This document shows positions 8,697 through 19,394 of a stretch of 64,000 bases of DNA, one piece after another (the stretch's first letter is position 1; the number at the start of each line of letters is the position of its first letter). The DNA is taken from positions 4,371 through 68,370 of the forward strand of contig MGXH01000061.1 in the NCBI GenBank assembly GCA_001801305.1. Direction: 5' to 3'. Position numbers and translations under genes: made by a program. Source of the DNA: Gammaproteobacteria bacterium GWE2_42_36 (lineage in GTDB: Bacteria; Pseudomonadota; Gammaproteobacteria; UBA12402). The notes under the pieces are model-generated. The model saw only the letters and a list, made by a program, of their open reading frames with translations. It searched no databases and was not told where the DNA came from.

Positions 8697-11397
8697 TTAA
8701 TCTTCCTCTCGGCAATTTACATAGCTCCAACACAATGAGCGGAATCATCCCAATACCTATCCATGTCAGGCATTGCGTTAACGATACAACCCCTACCCCA
8801 AAAATTTCTTGCAAGAGGGGAACATGATGAATGAGTAATTGAAGGGAAAAGCTAATACTGACAATAAAAAATAAACGGATATTTGAGAAAACCCCTATCT
8901 GCCAAATGGGTTTTGTATTACTGCGCGCACCAAACGATCGTAATAATTCCGCTGTTACCAATACTGAAAAAGCCGCATCTTGTGCTTGCATCAAATTCCC
9001 TTTTCCCAAATACTCATAGGCAAATACCGCGAGCGTTATCAAAGACGTCAAAGATCCAATAAAGATAATTCGCCGAAAAAAATGCGCATCCATGAATGGT
9101 TTTCGAGGATCTCTAGGCGGGCGATTGAGAATATCCGGTTCGGGCACATCGGTTGCTAGTCCGATTGCGGGTAACCCGTCCGTGATTAAATTAATCCATA
9201 ATAATTGAATCGGTAAAAGTGGTAATGGCCATCCTATTAAAAGCGCCACAAAAACCACCGTCAATTCACCGATATTTCCAGCTAACAAATAAGATAACGC
9301 TTTTGCAATATTATTATAAATCGTACGTCCTTCTTCGATCCCGGCGATAATAGAAGCGAAATTATTATCCATGACGATCATATCTGATGCTTCTTTGGTA
9401 ACATCCGTCCCTGTTTTACCCATCGCGATTCCTACAGAAGCTTCTTTTAACGCCGGCGCGTCATTCACACCATCCCCAGTCATCGCAACCACAACTTGAT
9501 GTTCTTTCCATGCCCGAACAATTTTTAATTTATGCTCCGCTGTCACACGAGCATAGACGGTAATTTGCTTTACCGCTTTTATGAATTCTGCTTGGGTCAT
9601 CTTGTCCAAATCACTACCCGTCACCAATCGATCACCTGGGTTAAAAATACCCAGCGCGCGAGCAATCGCGCTCGCCGTCTCAGGATGATCTCCGGTAATC
9701 ATGATCGGTTTAATACCGGCCATTTTGCATCGACGAACCGATGCTTCTGCTTCTGCATGAGGGGGATCTTGCAATCCAATCAATCCTAAAAAAACCAGAT
9801 CATTTTCGATCTTTTCATCGATTGTTTCTGTTGAAGCAACGGTTAACGTGCGTTCTGCTAATGCTAATATCCGTAGCCCTTCGCTCGCCATTAATTGGCA
9901 AGATTGCTGCATGCGCACGAGATCATTCGGCATCATTGCTTTAACTCCTTCTTGCGTCAGAATGTGAGAGCAGCGATCTAAAATAGATTCGGGCGCACCT
10001 TTTACAAAAGCGAGCAATTGATTGTCTTTCTGACATACGACCGTCATCCTCTTTCGCTCAGAATTAAAAGGTAATTCTTTGACGCGAGGATAAGAAGATT
10101 CAAGAGTACTGCTTTCAATATTCCCTTTAGTTGCAGCTATCAATAAAGCGATTTCTGTGGGATCTCCCATCGTAGATAATTGATCGTTTTGCGAAGCGAT
10201 CTTTGCATTGTTACAAAGGACTGCTGCGCGTAATAAGGTTGATAACAAAAGATCTTTAGAAACCGTGACATCATGTTCTCGAGGAGAAAAAGCACCCGTT
10301 AAATTATACCCTTCCCCTTGAATGGTATAAATAGATTCGATTGTCATCAGTTTACGTGCGGTCATTTCCCCGACTGTTAATGTCCCCGTTTTATCCGTAC
10401 AAATAACCTGTAAACATCCTAATGTTTCCACCGCAGATAAACGCCTGACTAGCACGGCGCGCCGCACCATGCGTTGCACGCCTAAAGCTAATGCAATGGT
10501 AACAACCGCTGGCAATCCTTCAGGAATGGCTGCAACCGCTAAGCTAACTGAACTCATGAATAATTTAAACGGTTCAATATGACGAAACAACCCCACGATA
10601 AAAGTAAGCACAACAATTGCAAAACAAATCCATAATATACGTGCGCCAACTTGATTTAACTTTTTTTGTAGTGGCGTTTCAGTTCGAGTGACATTTTCCA
10701 GCATCTCAGCGATATGTCCCATTTCGGTTTTCATACCCGTCGCTGTCACAATGGCTTTGCCAGTTCCATTAACGATAGTAGTACCCATAAAAATCATATT
10801 TTTTCGATCGGCTAAAGGCGTCTCCGCAGGATAGGATTGAATGTTTTTATCAACAGATAATGATTCTCCAGTCAATGGAGCTTCGTTAACTTTAAGAGAA
10901 GCTATCTCAAAAACACGTGCATCAGCGGCAATTAAATCGCCGCTTTTTAATAATAAGATATCACCCGGGATAAGAGAGGATGCTTCAATCACTACAGCCT
11001 GCCCATCGCGTAATACGGTTGCTTTTGGTGCTGCTAACTGCTGCAATGCCAACATCGCGCGATCAGCGCGGTATTCTAAAAAAAATCCAATAACGGCATT
11101 CAAGACCACGATAGCAAAAATCACTATCGCATCCACTTTCTCATTGAATAAAAATGAAACGACGATGGCGCCTAGTAATACCCAAATCATTAAGCTGTTT
11201 AGCTGTAGAAGAAAAATTTTTAAAAGAGAGGTTGCTTTCTTTTTGGTTAAGACATTGAGACCGTATTCTTTTAATCGATCTTGAGCGGCGATTGCGGTTA
11301 ATCCGTAAGATAAATCAACTTGAAGATGGAGCGCGAGGCTTTCTGGTGTTTCTCTATACCCAAGGTATGTCATATGATAAAGATTCCCTTTCAACAT
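8683..11397 (-). CDS. Cation-transporting P-type ATPase, type II (Ca2+-ATPase-like); no CPx heavy-metal motif
   Basis: 904 aa; motifs DKTGTLT, TGDGVNDAPAL, and TM4 IPEGLPAVVT typical of P2A pumps; cation-ATPase N-terminal domain. Confidence 0.8.
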   Translation of the reverse strand: MLKGNLYHMTYLGYRETPESLALHLQVDLSYGLTAIAAQDRLKEYGLNVLTKKKATSLLKIFLLQLNSLMIWVLLGAIVVSFLFNEKVDAIVIFAIVVLNAVIGFFLEYRADRAMLALQQLAAPKATVLRDGQAVVIEASSLIPGDILLLKSGDLIAADARVFEIASLKVNEAPLTGESLSVDKNIQSYPAETPLADRKNMIFMGTTIVNGTGKAIVTATGMKTEMGHIAEMLENVTRTETPLQKKLNQVGARILWICFAIVVLTFIVGLFRHIEPFKLFMSSVSLAVAAIPEGLPAVVTIALALGVQRMVRRAVLVRRLSAVETLGCLQVICTDKTGTLTVGEMTARKLMTIESIYTIQGEGYNLTGAFSPREHDVTVSKDLLLSTLLRAAVLCNNAKIASQNDQLSTMGDPTEIALLIAATKGNIESSTLESSYPRVKELPFNSERKRMTVVCQKDNQLLAFVKGAPESILDRCSHILTQEGVKAMMPNDLVRMQQSCQLMASEGLRILALAERTLTVASTETIDEKIENDLVFLGLIGLQDPPHAEAEASVRRCKMAGIKPIMITGDHPETASAIARALGIFNPGDRLVTGSDLDKMTQAEFIKAVKQITVYARVTAEHKLKIVRAWKEHQVVVAMTGDGVNDAPALKEASVGIAMGKTGTDVTKEASDMIVMDNNFASIIAGIEEGRTIYNNIAKALSYLLAGNIGELTVVFVALLIGWPLPLLPIQLLWINLITDGLPAIGLATDVPEPDILNRPPRDPRKPFMDAHFFRRIIFIGSLTSLITLAVFAYEYLGKGNLMQAQDAAFSVLVTAELLRSFGARSNTKPIWQIGVFSNIRLFFIVSISFSLQLLIHHVPLLQEIFGVGVVSLTQCLTWIGIGMIPLIVLELCKLPRGRLNAIC

Positions 11398-11460
11398 ACA
11401 GCCATTTTATTTTCAACCCATCTGGCAATACCGCATCCTATCCTCATTAGTATTGTTGTG

Positions 11461-11712
11461 CTAATGTTTATCATGATCTCTATGTTTATGTCCATGATGC
11501 ATAAACAGATGCATCAATGGACATAACAATATCAAACCAACGAATAAAATATCAAAAAAACGGCTCATGATGTGTGCTTTATGTTCAAAGAGCAGATACA
11601 CAGCAAACAAAATAATAAGTGTGATCATCACCCACTTCCAACACGATCGTGGCTTTCGCATTTTTTGGGCCTGTTGGATGGGTATTGTTTTTAGATTTTT
11701 ATCCATTAGCAT
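11461..11712 (-). CDS. Small membrane protein with His-rich C-terminal tail (…LMHLFMHHGHKHRDHDKH); putative metal-binding accessory protein
   Basis: 83 aa; one or two TM helices followed by His cluster; position between ATPase and RND2. Confidence 0.4.
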   Translation of the reverse strand: MLMDKNLKTIPIQQAQKMRKPRSCWKWVMITLIILFAVYLLFEHKAHIMSRFFDILFVGLILLCPLMHLFMHHGHKHRDHDKH

Positions 11713-11718
11713 TTACCC

Positions 11719-12099
11719 TTAGGTTTTTTGCTTATTCGGCATCTCCTTTTGCTCCATCATCGGTTTCATTGACGACATGCTTCCACTACCATCTTGCATT
11801 TTTATCATGGGCCTATTTTTCATATCCATATTCGTGTTATCCATCATGCATTTTCCCATCATGCAGCATTTTTTCGTTTGTGGACTAAAATAACCTACCG
11901 ACCCAGATCGCATCGTATAATAACTTGTGCACGCTAATCCTAAAACCGCCAATATCACAGCAAGGTATCCAATAAATTTTGGAAACCCAGTCCCCACATT
12001 AGCATGCGCCTTAGCCCAAACAATTAATGCCGCGGCGAGCACCAAAACAATTAATTCTAATGAAAAAACCACATGAGCATAAAACATAGTAATCATCAC
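11719..12099 (-). CDS. Small membrane protein with Cys/Met-rich tail (CCMMGKCMM…MDMKNRPMIKMQ…SMSSMKPMM); putative Cu/Ag-binding accessory protein
   Basis: 126 aa; two predicted TM helices then Met-rich low-complexity region; immediately downstream of the CusA-like gene. Confidence 0.45.
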   Translation of the reverse strand: MMITMFYAHVVFSLELIVLVLAAALIVWAKAHANVGTGFPKFIGYLAVILAVLGLACTSYYTMRSGSVGYFSPQTKKCCMMGKCMMDNTNMDMKNRPMIKMQDGSGSMSSMKPMMEQKEMPNKQKT

Positions 12100-12158
12100 T
12101 TTCTCCTTTTGTAAAAATCAAAAACCAACATAATATTGCACGATAACGCTATCCTTTT

Positions 12159-15100
12159 TCAACCAACCTGTCTACTTTTTGCGCTTATTTTTAATGCTTT
12201 TTTCTGCAACATCAAATAAATAATAGGCACAATGAATAAAGATAACAAGGGCGCTGTAATCATGCCTCCGATCATCGGGGCCGCAATACGCCGCATAATC
12301 TCAGATCCCGTTCCATGCCCCAGCATGACCGGCAATAACCCCGCAATGATGATTGCAACTGTCATCGTTTTCGGACGTAATCGCTGGACAGCGCCTCGAA
12401 TAATGGCTTGTTGCAAATCTGAATACGTCATTAGCTGTCCTGATTTTTGGGAATCATTGACAGCTTGATCTAAATAAACAAGCATCACCACACCAAATTC
12501 AGTGGCTACACCGGCTAAGGCAATAAACCCAATCGCTACAGCTACAGAAAGATTAAATCCTAATAAATACGTTAACCAAAACCCGCCGATTAAAGAAAAA
12601 GGCAAAGTCACCATAATCAGCAAGGCTTCATTAAAATTACGAAATACTGTAAAAAGAAGCCATAAAATGATGACTAAAGTCAGCGGCACAATAAATTCCA
12701 TTCGCTTAACGGCGCGCTCTAAATATTCATATTGCCCAGACCATTCAATCGAATAACCCGGCGGTAATTGTATTTTCTCAGCGACCAGGCGTTTTGCTTC
12801 TTTGACATAAGTCCCTAAATCTTTTCCACTCATATCGACATAAACCCAATTAGTCAAACGAGCATTTTCACTTTTCAACATAGCAGGACCATCAACAATT
12901 TTTATTTCAGCAACACTGGATAAAGGAATCACAGCACCAGTAGGTGATAAAATGGGAATGTCATTTAATTTTTGCAGTGAATCTCGCCAATCACGATCAA
13001 ATCGCAAATTGATCGGATAGCGTTCTAAGCCTTCAACCGTTTCACTGATATTATCTCCGCCAATCGCCATACGAACCATATCTTGCACATCACTGATATT
13101 TAAAGCATATCGGGCTGCTTGCTCTCGATTGATATGAATATTCATATAACGTCCAGCTAAAGGCCGTTCTGCATAAGCGGAAACCGTCCCAGGAATCGTC
13201 TTAACCAATGTTTCAATTTGTTCACCAATATCTTCTAATACCTCTAAATGAGGCCCACTCACTTTGATACCGACTGGGCTTTTAATACCTGTCGCTAACA
13301 TATCGATACGGTTACGAATCGGTTGCACCCAAACATTCACCAAACCCGGGATGTTGACTGTTTGATTCAACACACGGATCAGTTGATTGATCGTCATCCC
13401 TTTACGCCACGCGGATTGAGGTTTCAATTGAATCGTCGTCTCAAACATTTCTAAAGGGGCTGGATCGGTTGCTGTATCGGCATGACCGGCTTTCCCAAAA
13501 ACACTTTTCACTTCAGGCACTGACGCAATGAGTTTGTCGGTTTGTTGTAAAATTTGTGCGGCTTTACCAATAGCAATGCCCGGAAAAGCCGTTGGCATAT
13601 AAAGCAAATCACCTTCATTGAGCGGCGGCATAAATTCAGAACCTAATTTCATAAAGGGGATGAACGTAAGCGCCAGAAATACTAAGGCTATACTCAGAAT
13701 CAATTTGGGATGATCTAAGGCATACTTTAATGCCGGCTTGTAGCCTTTCATCAAATAATGATTGATCGGATTTTTATTTTCAGCACGAATAGTCCCTCGC
13801 ATTAAATACAACATTAAAACGGGAACCAGCGTGATCGATAATCCTGCAGCAGCGGCCATCGCATAAGTTTTAGTAAAAGCCAATGGGGCAAACAATCGAC
13901 CTTCTTGTGATTGAAGCGTAAAAATCGGCGTGAAACTTAACGTAATAATCAATAAACTAAAAAATAACGCCGGCCCTACTTCGACAGCTGATTGCGTGAT
14001 TAATTCCAACCGTTTCGCAAAAGTTAATGGTTGATTAGGGGAATTTTGTTGATGCCTTTCAAAATGTTTATGGGCATTTTCTATCATCACAATGGCTGCA
14101 TCGACCATCGCGCCAATTGCAATAGCAATACCGCCCAAAGACATAATATTGGCATTGATCCCTTGTTGTTGCATGAGCATTAACGCGACTAAAATACCAA
14201 TGGGCAGTACGATGACTGCTACAAAAGCTGAACGAATATGAAATAAAAAAATCATACACACTAATGCGACAATAATACTTTCTTCAAGCAATTTATCTTT
14301 TAGGGTGGATACCGCCCGCTCTATGACGCCTGACCGATCATACGTGGGAACAATTTCTACCCCTTTTGGCAAACTTCCTTTTAGACTTTGTAATTTTGCC
14401 TTGATTAATTGAATGGTCGTTTCAGCATTTTTTCCATATCGCATTATCAGAACACCACCAACTACTTCTCCTTCTCCATTCAACTCTGCTATGCCGCGCC
14501 GAATTTCTGGACCTAACTGAACATGCGCAACATCTTTCAATAAAATAGGAACGCCATTACTGCCAAGCCCTATGGGAATTGATTCGATATCTTGAATCGA
14601 TTTTAAATAACCATCCGCACGAACCATATATTCCGACTCACCCAACTCAATCACTGATCCGCCTGATTCTTGATTGGCATTTTTAACTGCCTCGACAATT
14701 TTATTAAGTGGAATCCGTAATGCTCTGAGCTGATTTGGGTCTATTACAATTTGATACTGTTTGGTCATCCCTCCAATCGTGGCAACTTCTGCAATACCCG
14801 GAACCGTACGTAATTCATATTTTAAAAACCAATCCTGCAAGCTACGCAATTGCGAAATATCATAGCGCCCTGTTTTATCAATCAATGCATATTCATAAAT
14901 CCAACCTACCCCCGTTGCATCAGGTCCCAATTCAAGCTTAACGTCGCTCGGTAATTTAGCGGCCGCTTGATTGAGATATTCTAATACACGACTGCGCGCC
15001 CAATATAAATCCGTCCCATCTTCAAATAACACATAGACATAAGAATCACCGAAAAAAGAATAGCCCCGCACTGTTTTTGCGCCAGGCACAGACATCATCG

Positions 15101-15314
15101 TAGTAGTTAAAGGGTAAGTGACTTGATCTTCCATAATTTGTGGCGCGCGACCAGGATAACTCGCTTTAATAATCACTTGGACATCTGAAAGATCTGGAAT
15201 GGCATCGATAGGTAATTGTCTTGCTAAATAAATTCCACCAAAAACCAAGATCATCGTTGCGAATAAAATTAAAATGCGATTTCTAAGCGACCATTTAATA
15301 ATAGCGGCAATCAT
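12159..15314 (-). CDS. cusA: Heavy-metal efflux RND transporter, CusA/CzcA family (system 2)
   Basis: 1051 aa; paralog of 3097-6219 with the same conserved blocks; operon with CusB-like MFP. Confidence 0.85.
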   Translation of the reverse strand: MIAAIIKWSLRNRILILFATMILVFGGIYLARQLPIDAIPDLSDVQVIIKASYPGRAPQIMEDQVTYPLTTTMMSVPGAKTVRGYSFFGDSYVYVLFEDGTDLYWARSRVLEYLNQAAAKLPSDVKLELGPDATGVGWIYEYALIDKTGRYDISQLRSLQDWFLKYELRTVPGIAEVATIGGMTKQYQIVIDPNQLRALRIPLNKIVEAVKNANQESGGSVIELGESEYMVRADGYLKSIQDIESIPIGLGSNGVPILLKDVAHVQLGPEIRRGIAELNGEGEVVGGVLIMRYGKNAETTIQLIKAKLQSLKGSLPKGVEIVPTYDRSGVIERAVSTLKDKLLEESIIVALVCMIFLFHIRSAFVAVIVLPIGILVALMLMQQQGINANIMSLGGIAIAIGAMVDAAIVMIENAHKHFERHQQNSPNQPLTFAKRLELITQSAVEVGPALFFSLLIITLSFTPIFTLQSQEGRLFAPLAFTKTYAMAAAAGLSITLVPVLMLYLMRGTIRAENKNPINHYLMKGYKPALKYALDHPKLILSIALVFLALTFIPFMKLGSEFMPPLNEGDLLYMPTAFPGIAIGKAAQILQQTDKLIASVPEVKSVFGKAGHADTATDPAPLEMFETTIQLKPQSAWRKGMTINQLIRVLNQTVNIPGLVNVWVQPIRNRIDMLATGIKSPVGIKVSGPHLEVLEDIGEQIETLVKTIPGTVSAYAERPLAGRYMNIHINREQAARYALNISDVQDMVRMAIGGDNISETVEGLERYPINLRFDRDWRDSLQKLNDIPILSPTGAVIPLSSVAEIKIVDGPAMLKSENARLTNWVYVDMSGKDLGTYVKEAKRLVAEKIQLPPGYSIEWSGQYEYLERAVKRMEFIVPLTLVIILWLLFTVFRNFNEALLIMVTLPFSLIGGFWLTYLLGFNLSVAVAIGFIALAGVATEFGVVMLVYLDQAVNDSQKSGQLMTYSDLQQAIIRGAVQRLRPKTMTVAIIIAGLLPVMLGHGTGSEIMRRIAAPMIGGMITAPLLSLFIVPIIYLMLQKKALKISAKSRQVG

Positions 15315-15318
15315 GTTC

Positions 15319-16779
15319 TTATACCTTCATCACGATGATATGCGTAATCACAAATTCATCGCCCTTAGGGTTTAAATCAAACTGTATTTTATCACCCGGT
15401 TTTAATTGAGAGAGATCAACATCGTTTGTCACAAAAAATGACATTGTCATCGCCGGCCAATTTAACGCGCTGATCGGTTGATGACTCACCGTCAATTGAT
15501 GTTCGGCTAATTGAATCGTTTTAATAATACCTATAGCGGTAGGATCAGATTGATCAGCCGATTTGCTTGTTGCTGTTGAAGCGGACAGGTCCGGTGCTGA
15601 CAAACGATCCAAAGCGCCTTTCAGGTTTGCTTCAGAATCAATTAAAAATTGCGCGGAAGTCACCACACTTTCTCCTGGTTTTAATCCGGAAATAATTTCA
15701 ATACGATCTCCCGATTCCATTCCTGCAACAACAGTACGCGGTTCAAATTGACCCTGCCCCAATGCCATGATGACTCGATCCCCATGTCCTGTTCGAATAA
15801 GCGCTTCTTGCGGAATACTTATCACTTGTTTTCTAGGGGCTGCCAATAGGCTGATATTCGCATACATACCGGGTTTTAATACGTTGTTGGGATTATCAAA
15901 ACACAACCTGACTTTTAACGTTCTGGTAGTGGGATCAACTTGAGGATAGATATAATCGATTTGGCCAACTAAAACTTTCCCGGGCATGGATGATAATTTA
16001 GCTTCTACTTTTTCACCCACAGAAACGCGTTGTGCTTGTGATTCGTAAACTTCCACCATCATCCAAACTTTTTTCAAATCTGCCAAACTCATGATGGTTA
16101 ATTCGGGGGTCACTTGCATGCCTTCACGCACATTCAACTCGGTTATAAATCCATCTTGCGGCGCATTAATATCAATGAGTGGTTCTGATTTTTTGGCAGC
16201 TTTTACCCGTTCTATTTGTTGTGGGGAAACACCTAGGGCAAGAAGCTTTTTATAGGATGCCGCAACCAACTCTTTTTGCGGCATTGTTAATGCAATCAAA
16301 TATTCCTCTTGTGCATTCACTAAATCTGGCGAATAAAGCTGAAATAACAATTGATCTTTCATGACCGGATCACCAACCGCTTTTACGAATAGCTTTTTGA
16401 TCCATCCTGTCGCATAAGTATGAATATGGCTCATCGCATTTTCATCGATATTCACGTAACCAACCGTTTCAATCTGCTGCGACAAATCACCTTGTAACAC
16501 CGGCGCTGTTCGAACGCCTAAATTATCAACAACGGCGGGCGACAGCGTAATGATGGAAGCATTAGCTTGGGTCGTTGTATCATCAGCATAAATCGGAACA
16601 ACATCCATCCCCATTCGAGATTTTCCGGGTTTATCATAATGAACAGTTGGTTCCATCGGATCTATCCAATACAATGGTTTTTTTGCTAAAGCCACATTTC
16701 CATTCGCTATACAAACCGACAATACTCCGCTGATCACGATCAGGCATAACGTCATTAACAGCGTTTTAATCTTCGTCAT
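15319..16779 (-). CDS. cusB: Membrane-fusion protein, CusB-like, with N-terminal Met motif (RMGMD) and fused C-terminal CusF-like periplasmic metal-binding domain
   Basis: 486 aa, ~90 aa longer than MFP1; C-terminal ~90 aa (…[30 protein letters not shown]…) resembles a CusF-like OB fold. Confidence 0.7.
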   Translation of the reverse strand: MTKIKTLLMTLCLIVISGVLSVCIANGNVALAKKPLYWIDPMEPTVHYDKPGKSRMGMDVVPIYADDTTTQANASIITLSPAVVDNLGVRTAPVLQGDLSQQIETVGYVNIDENAMSHIHTYATGWIKKLFVKAVGDPVMKDQLLFQLYSPDLVNAQEEYLIALTMPQKELVAASYKKLLALGVSPQQIERVKAAKKSEPLIDINAPQDGFITELNVREGMQVTPELTIMSLADLKKVWMMVEVYESQAQRVSVGEKVEAKLSSMPGKVLVGQIDYIYPQVDPTTRTLKVRLCFDNPNNVLKPGMYANISLLAAPRKQVISIPQEALIRTGHGDRVIMALGQGQFEPRTVVAGMESGDRIEIISGLKPGESVVTSAQFLIDSEANLKGALDRLSAPDLSASTATSKSADQSDPTAIGIIKTIQLAEHQLTVSHQPISALNWPAMTMSFFVTNDVDLSQLKPGDKIQFDLNPKGDEFVITHIIVMKV

Positions 16780-18050
16780 ATCAACACTCCTCTTAGATAA
16801 TTAAGATTTATTTGTGCTTTTCGACAGTCCACTTGAATACGGAGCTGTGCCAATCGTAAATCTAAAATAAGGCGGTTCGCTTGAATCACATTGATAAAAT
16901 CACCCGCTGCGCTTTGATAGGCGAGTAAAGCCGCTTTTGCATTTTGCGCCGCTTTAGGGATGATGCTTTTCTTGTATAACAAAGCACGTTGATTTAATTT
17001 TTGCCACAACGCATATTGCTCAGATAATTGTGCAGATAAATCTCGATAATGAATTTGACGATTCAATTCTGCAGCCACTAATTTATCTTCACTGGCCTTC
17101 AAACGTTTATCCTGGCGGTTCCTTGTGAAAACCGGGAGATCCATCGTTACTTCAGCACTGACAAAATCTGATCGCCGCATACCATGCGATGGGCTTCCTT
17201 GCCGCGCACCATATCCAACACCCACATCAAAACCAGGTTTATACTGTTCCTTATTCCATGCCATCTCTTGTCGCGCCGCTTCAATACGATCGTTATCTCC
17301 CGTCAACAATGGATGTGTAAGCAACCCTTTTTTTAATTCTATTAAAGACGGCGTTGAAAATTCGGGTATCTCCGTGCCCAATGGACGCATGGCCTCATCG
17401 CCGATCCATCGACTTAAAATCGCACGCAACGATTCAATTTGTTGCTGTAATTGAAATTGTTTATCTTCCAGTTCAGATGATTCCAATTGTGTTTGCAAGA
17501 CAATCTGTTGGCTGGTTTTTTCTGTGGCATATTGCGCTTCTGTTGCATGCACAATACTCTTTAATAGCTGCTGCTGTTTTTGAATACTGTCTTTTGCTTG
17601 AACCGCATAATAGAGCTCTAACCAAGTATTACTGACCTGTTGAATCAACGTCAAAGTCATTTCACGTTGACGTTGTTCTGCAGCGAAAGATAATGCCTGC
17701 GTCTGTTTGGATTTATCGCTTAATGCATGTCCTGCTGGAAAATACTGAGAAACACCTATTTCAGTCATCGTCATATCATCATGCGTCAACGTAAAATCAT
17801 CCGTAGGCACATTCGCCACGCCCAAGGTCAATTTCGGATCTGGTAATTGCCCATTCGCAACCGCTTCTTGTGTTAAAGCATCTGCAGATGCCTGTGCTTG
17901 CTGCAACGTAGGTTCGCGCGATATAGCTTCATGAATAGCGGTCGTCAACGTCAGAATAGATGGCTTGGCTTCAGCAAAACTTGCCGAACTCCACAGCGTG
18001 ATGATTAAACATATAATCATCCCTCTTGAAAAGTTAACTATCGCATTCAT
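16776..18050 (-). CDS. cusC: Outer-membrane efflux factor (CusC/TolC family), system 2
   Basis: 424 aa; signal peptide (…SSASFA); ATGA overlap with the MFP gene. Confidence 0.7.
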   Translation of the reverse strand: MNAIVNFSRGMIICLIITLWSSASFAEAKPSILTLTTAIHEAISREPTLQQAQASADALTQEAVANGQLPDPKLTLGVANVPTDDFTLTHDDMTMTEIGVSQYFPAGHALSDKSKQTQALSFAAEQRQREMTLTLIQQVSNTWLELYYAVQAKDSIQKQQQLLKSIVHATEAQYATEKTSQQIVLQTQLESSELEDKQFQLQQQIESLRAILSRWIGDEAMRPLGTEIPEFSTPSLIELKKGLLTHPLLTGDNDRIEAARQEMAWNKEQYKPGFDVGVGYGARQGSPSHGMRRSDFVSAEVTMDLPVFTRNRQDKRLKASEDKLVAAELNRQIHYRDLSAQLSEQYALWQKLNQRALLYKKSIIPKAAQNAKAALLAYQSAAGDFINVIQANRLILDLRLAQLRIQVDCRKAQINLNYLRGVLI

Positions 18051-18117
18051 TCAAAAATTTCATCTTAATTATACTTTTTAGAAATCATTTAAAAGTTTAT
18101 TATCAACTTTCACCTAT

Positions 18118-18170
18118 AGATCAAGGTCAACATAAATTTAATCTTATTAAAAAAGGTTGACCTTGATCTT
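18118..18170. promoter_or_regulatory. Perfect 14-bp inverted repeat agatcaaggtcaac/gttgaccttgatct with 25-bp AT-rich spacer, in the divergent merR-like/cusC-like intergenic region; candidate operator
   Basis: Read directly: 18118-18131 is the exact reverse complement of 18157-18170. Confidence 0.5.
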
Positions 18171-18234
18171 AGGTTTAAGGTTTATCATGCGCCAACAAGA
18201 AGAACAGTTTGTTTTTTAATACGAGGTAGCATCT

Positions 18235-18669
18235 ATGAATCAACTCACCATTGGCAAGCTAAGCACGCTAACGGATGCTAGCACCGTCACTATTCGTTTC
18301 TATGAAAAACGAGGATTGATTAAACCTTCAGGACGCAGCCCGGCAAAATATCGCCTTTATTCACCCGCTATTGTGGATCAAATTGTCTTTATTAAAAACG
18401 CTCAAGACGTTGGATTCACCTTAAGAGAAATAAAATCCCTCATTGATCTACTCAACAGCAAAAAAGCAACTAGCAGAGATATTAGAGAAAATACTTTGAG
18501 CAAAGTCAAAGAAATCCAAGAAAAAATCGTGACTCTAAAAAATATGCAAAAGATTCTCGAACGTTGGGCATCAGCCTGCGATGGGAAAATGCCGATAGAA
18601 GATTGCCCCATATTGAAAAAGCTGTTTCAGCCGACCAAAAGAATCATGAACTCGAAAAAAGAAAAGTAG
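18235..18669 (+). CDS. MerR-family transcriptional regulator (CueR/ZntR-like metal sensor)
   Basis: 144 aa; N-terminal HTH (IGKLSTLTDASTVTIRFYEKRGLI); C-terminal Cys pair C-x8-C (CDGKMPIEDC); divergent from the efflux operon. Confidence 0.75.
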   Translation: MNQLTIGKLSTLTDASTVTIRFYEKRGLIKPSGRSPAKYRLYSPAIVDQIVFIKNAQDVGFTLREIKSLIDLLNSKKATSRDIRENTLSKVKEIQEKIVTLKNMQKILERWASACDGKMPIEDCPILKKLFQPTKRIMNSKKEK

Positions 18670-18674
18670 TTTTT

Positions 18675-18764
18675 ATGCCCAACAAACAAATCACTCTAAA
18701 AATCATCGGCATGCATTGTGCCAGTTGTGAGAAAACAATTGAAAAGGCCTTATTGCACCATTAA
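18675..18764 (+). pseudogene. Truncated heavy-metal-associated (HMA) domain ORF (MPNKQITLKIIGMHCASCEKTIEKALLHH*); remnant of a copA/copZ-type gene
   Basis: GMxCxxC metal-binding motif in the correct context, but only 29 codons; its 3' end is overlapped by the convergent BON gene. Confidence 0.6.
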
Positions 18765-19394
18765 TTTGTCTTTTACATCAGTAACGCCATCCGTATTTTT
18801 TGCGATGTTGATGATGTTCATTCTTTGCTGATCATTCTCTACCCAGCCATATAAATAAACAACGCCTTCATTGATTTCCACATTGACATTCCAATATTCG
18901 ATATCTTTATCGCCAAATAATTTTTCCTGTAAAATTTTTCCTTTGATTTTGCTGGTCATCCAGATATCTTTCATTGGCTGATCGCTTTTTTTAATCTGCA
19001 GTTTTGAGGTGTTGATGTTGTTAACGCCTTCTACTGAGTTAGTCAGCGTGATAGCGCGCTCATATTCCATCTGAGTGTTGATAGTGCCAGACAAGTAAAC
19101 ATTACCATCGCCCTTTGTTGTAACGCCAACTTTAAATGGGCTGACAAGATTATCTTTGACCATTTTAGCTTTTATTTTGGTGGTAATTAAAGCATTATTG
19201 GCGGCTTGGCCCACCGTTTCCATGGTCTCGCTGGTTTTTTCTCCCGCGGTTTTCATGGCTTCGCCTGTTTTTTCCCCTATATTTTGTATCGTTTTTTTTG
19301 CTTTAGTAGGGAGAGAATTATTATTCTGCGCCAAGCCAACGGTAGTCATTGCGAAAAATACGATAAGAAATGTGATAAGATGTTTTCTGTTCAT
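18750..19394 (-). CDS. Periplasmic BON-domain protein (OsmY-like), two BON domains, signal peptide
   Basis: 214 aa; signal peptide (…TVGLAQ); two repeats of the pattern …GxVxLxGxVxxxxxxxxAxxxAxxxxGVxxVxNxL…. Confidence 0.65.
   Translation of the reverse strand: MNRKHLITFLIVFFAMTTVGLAQNNNSLPTKAKKTIQNIGEKTGEAMKTAGEKTSETMETVGQAANNALITTKIKAKMVKDNLVSPFKVGVTTKGDGNVYLSGTINTQMEYERAITLTNSVEGVNNINTSKLQIKKSDQPMKDIWMTSKIKGKILQEKLFGDKDIEYWNVNVEINEGVVYLYGWVENDQQRMNIINIAKNTDGVTDVKDKLMVQ

Noticed and set aside
18564-18764. 66-aa ORF (MGISLRWENADRR…) as a functional CopZ-like protein
   Set aside because: Its first 37 codons are an out-of-frame read-through of the MerR gene; the genuine HMA-like part starts at ATG 18675 and is only 29 codons
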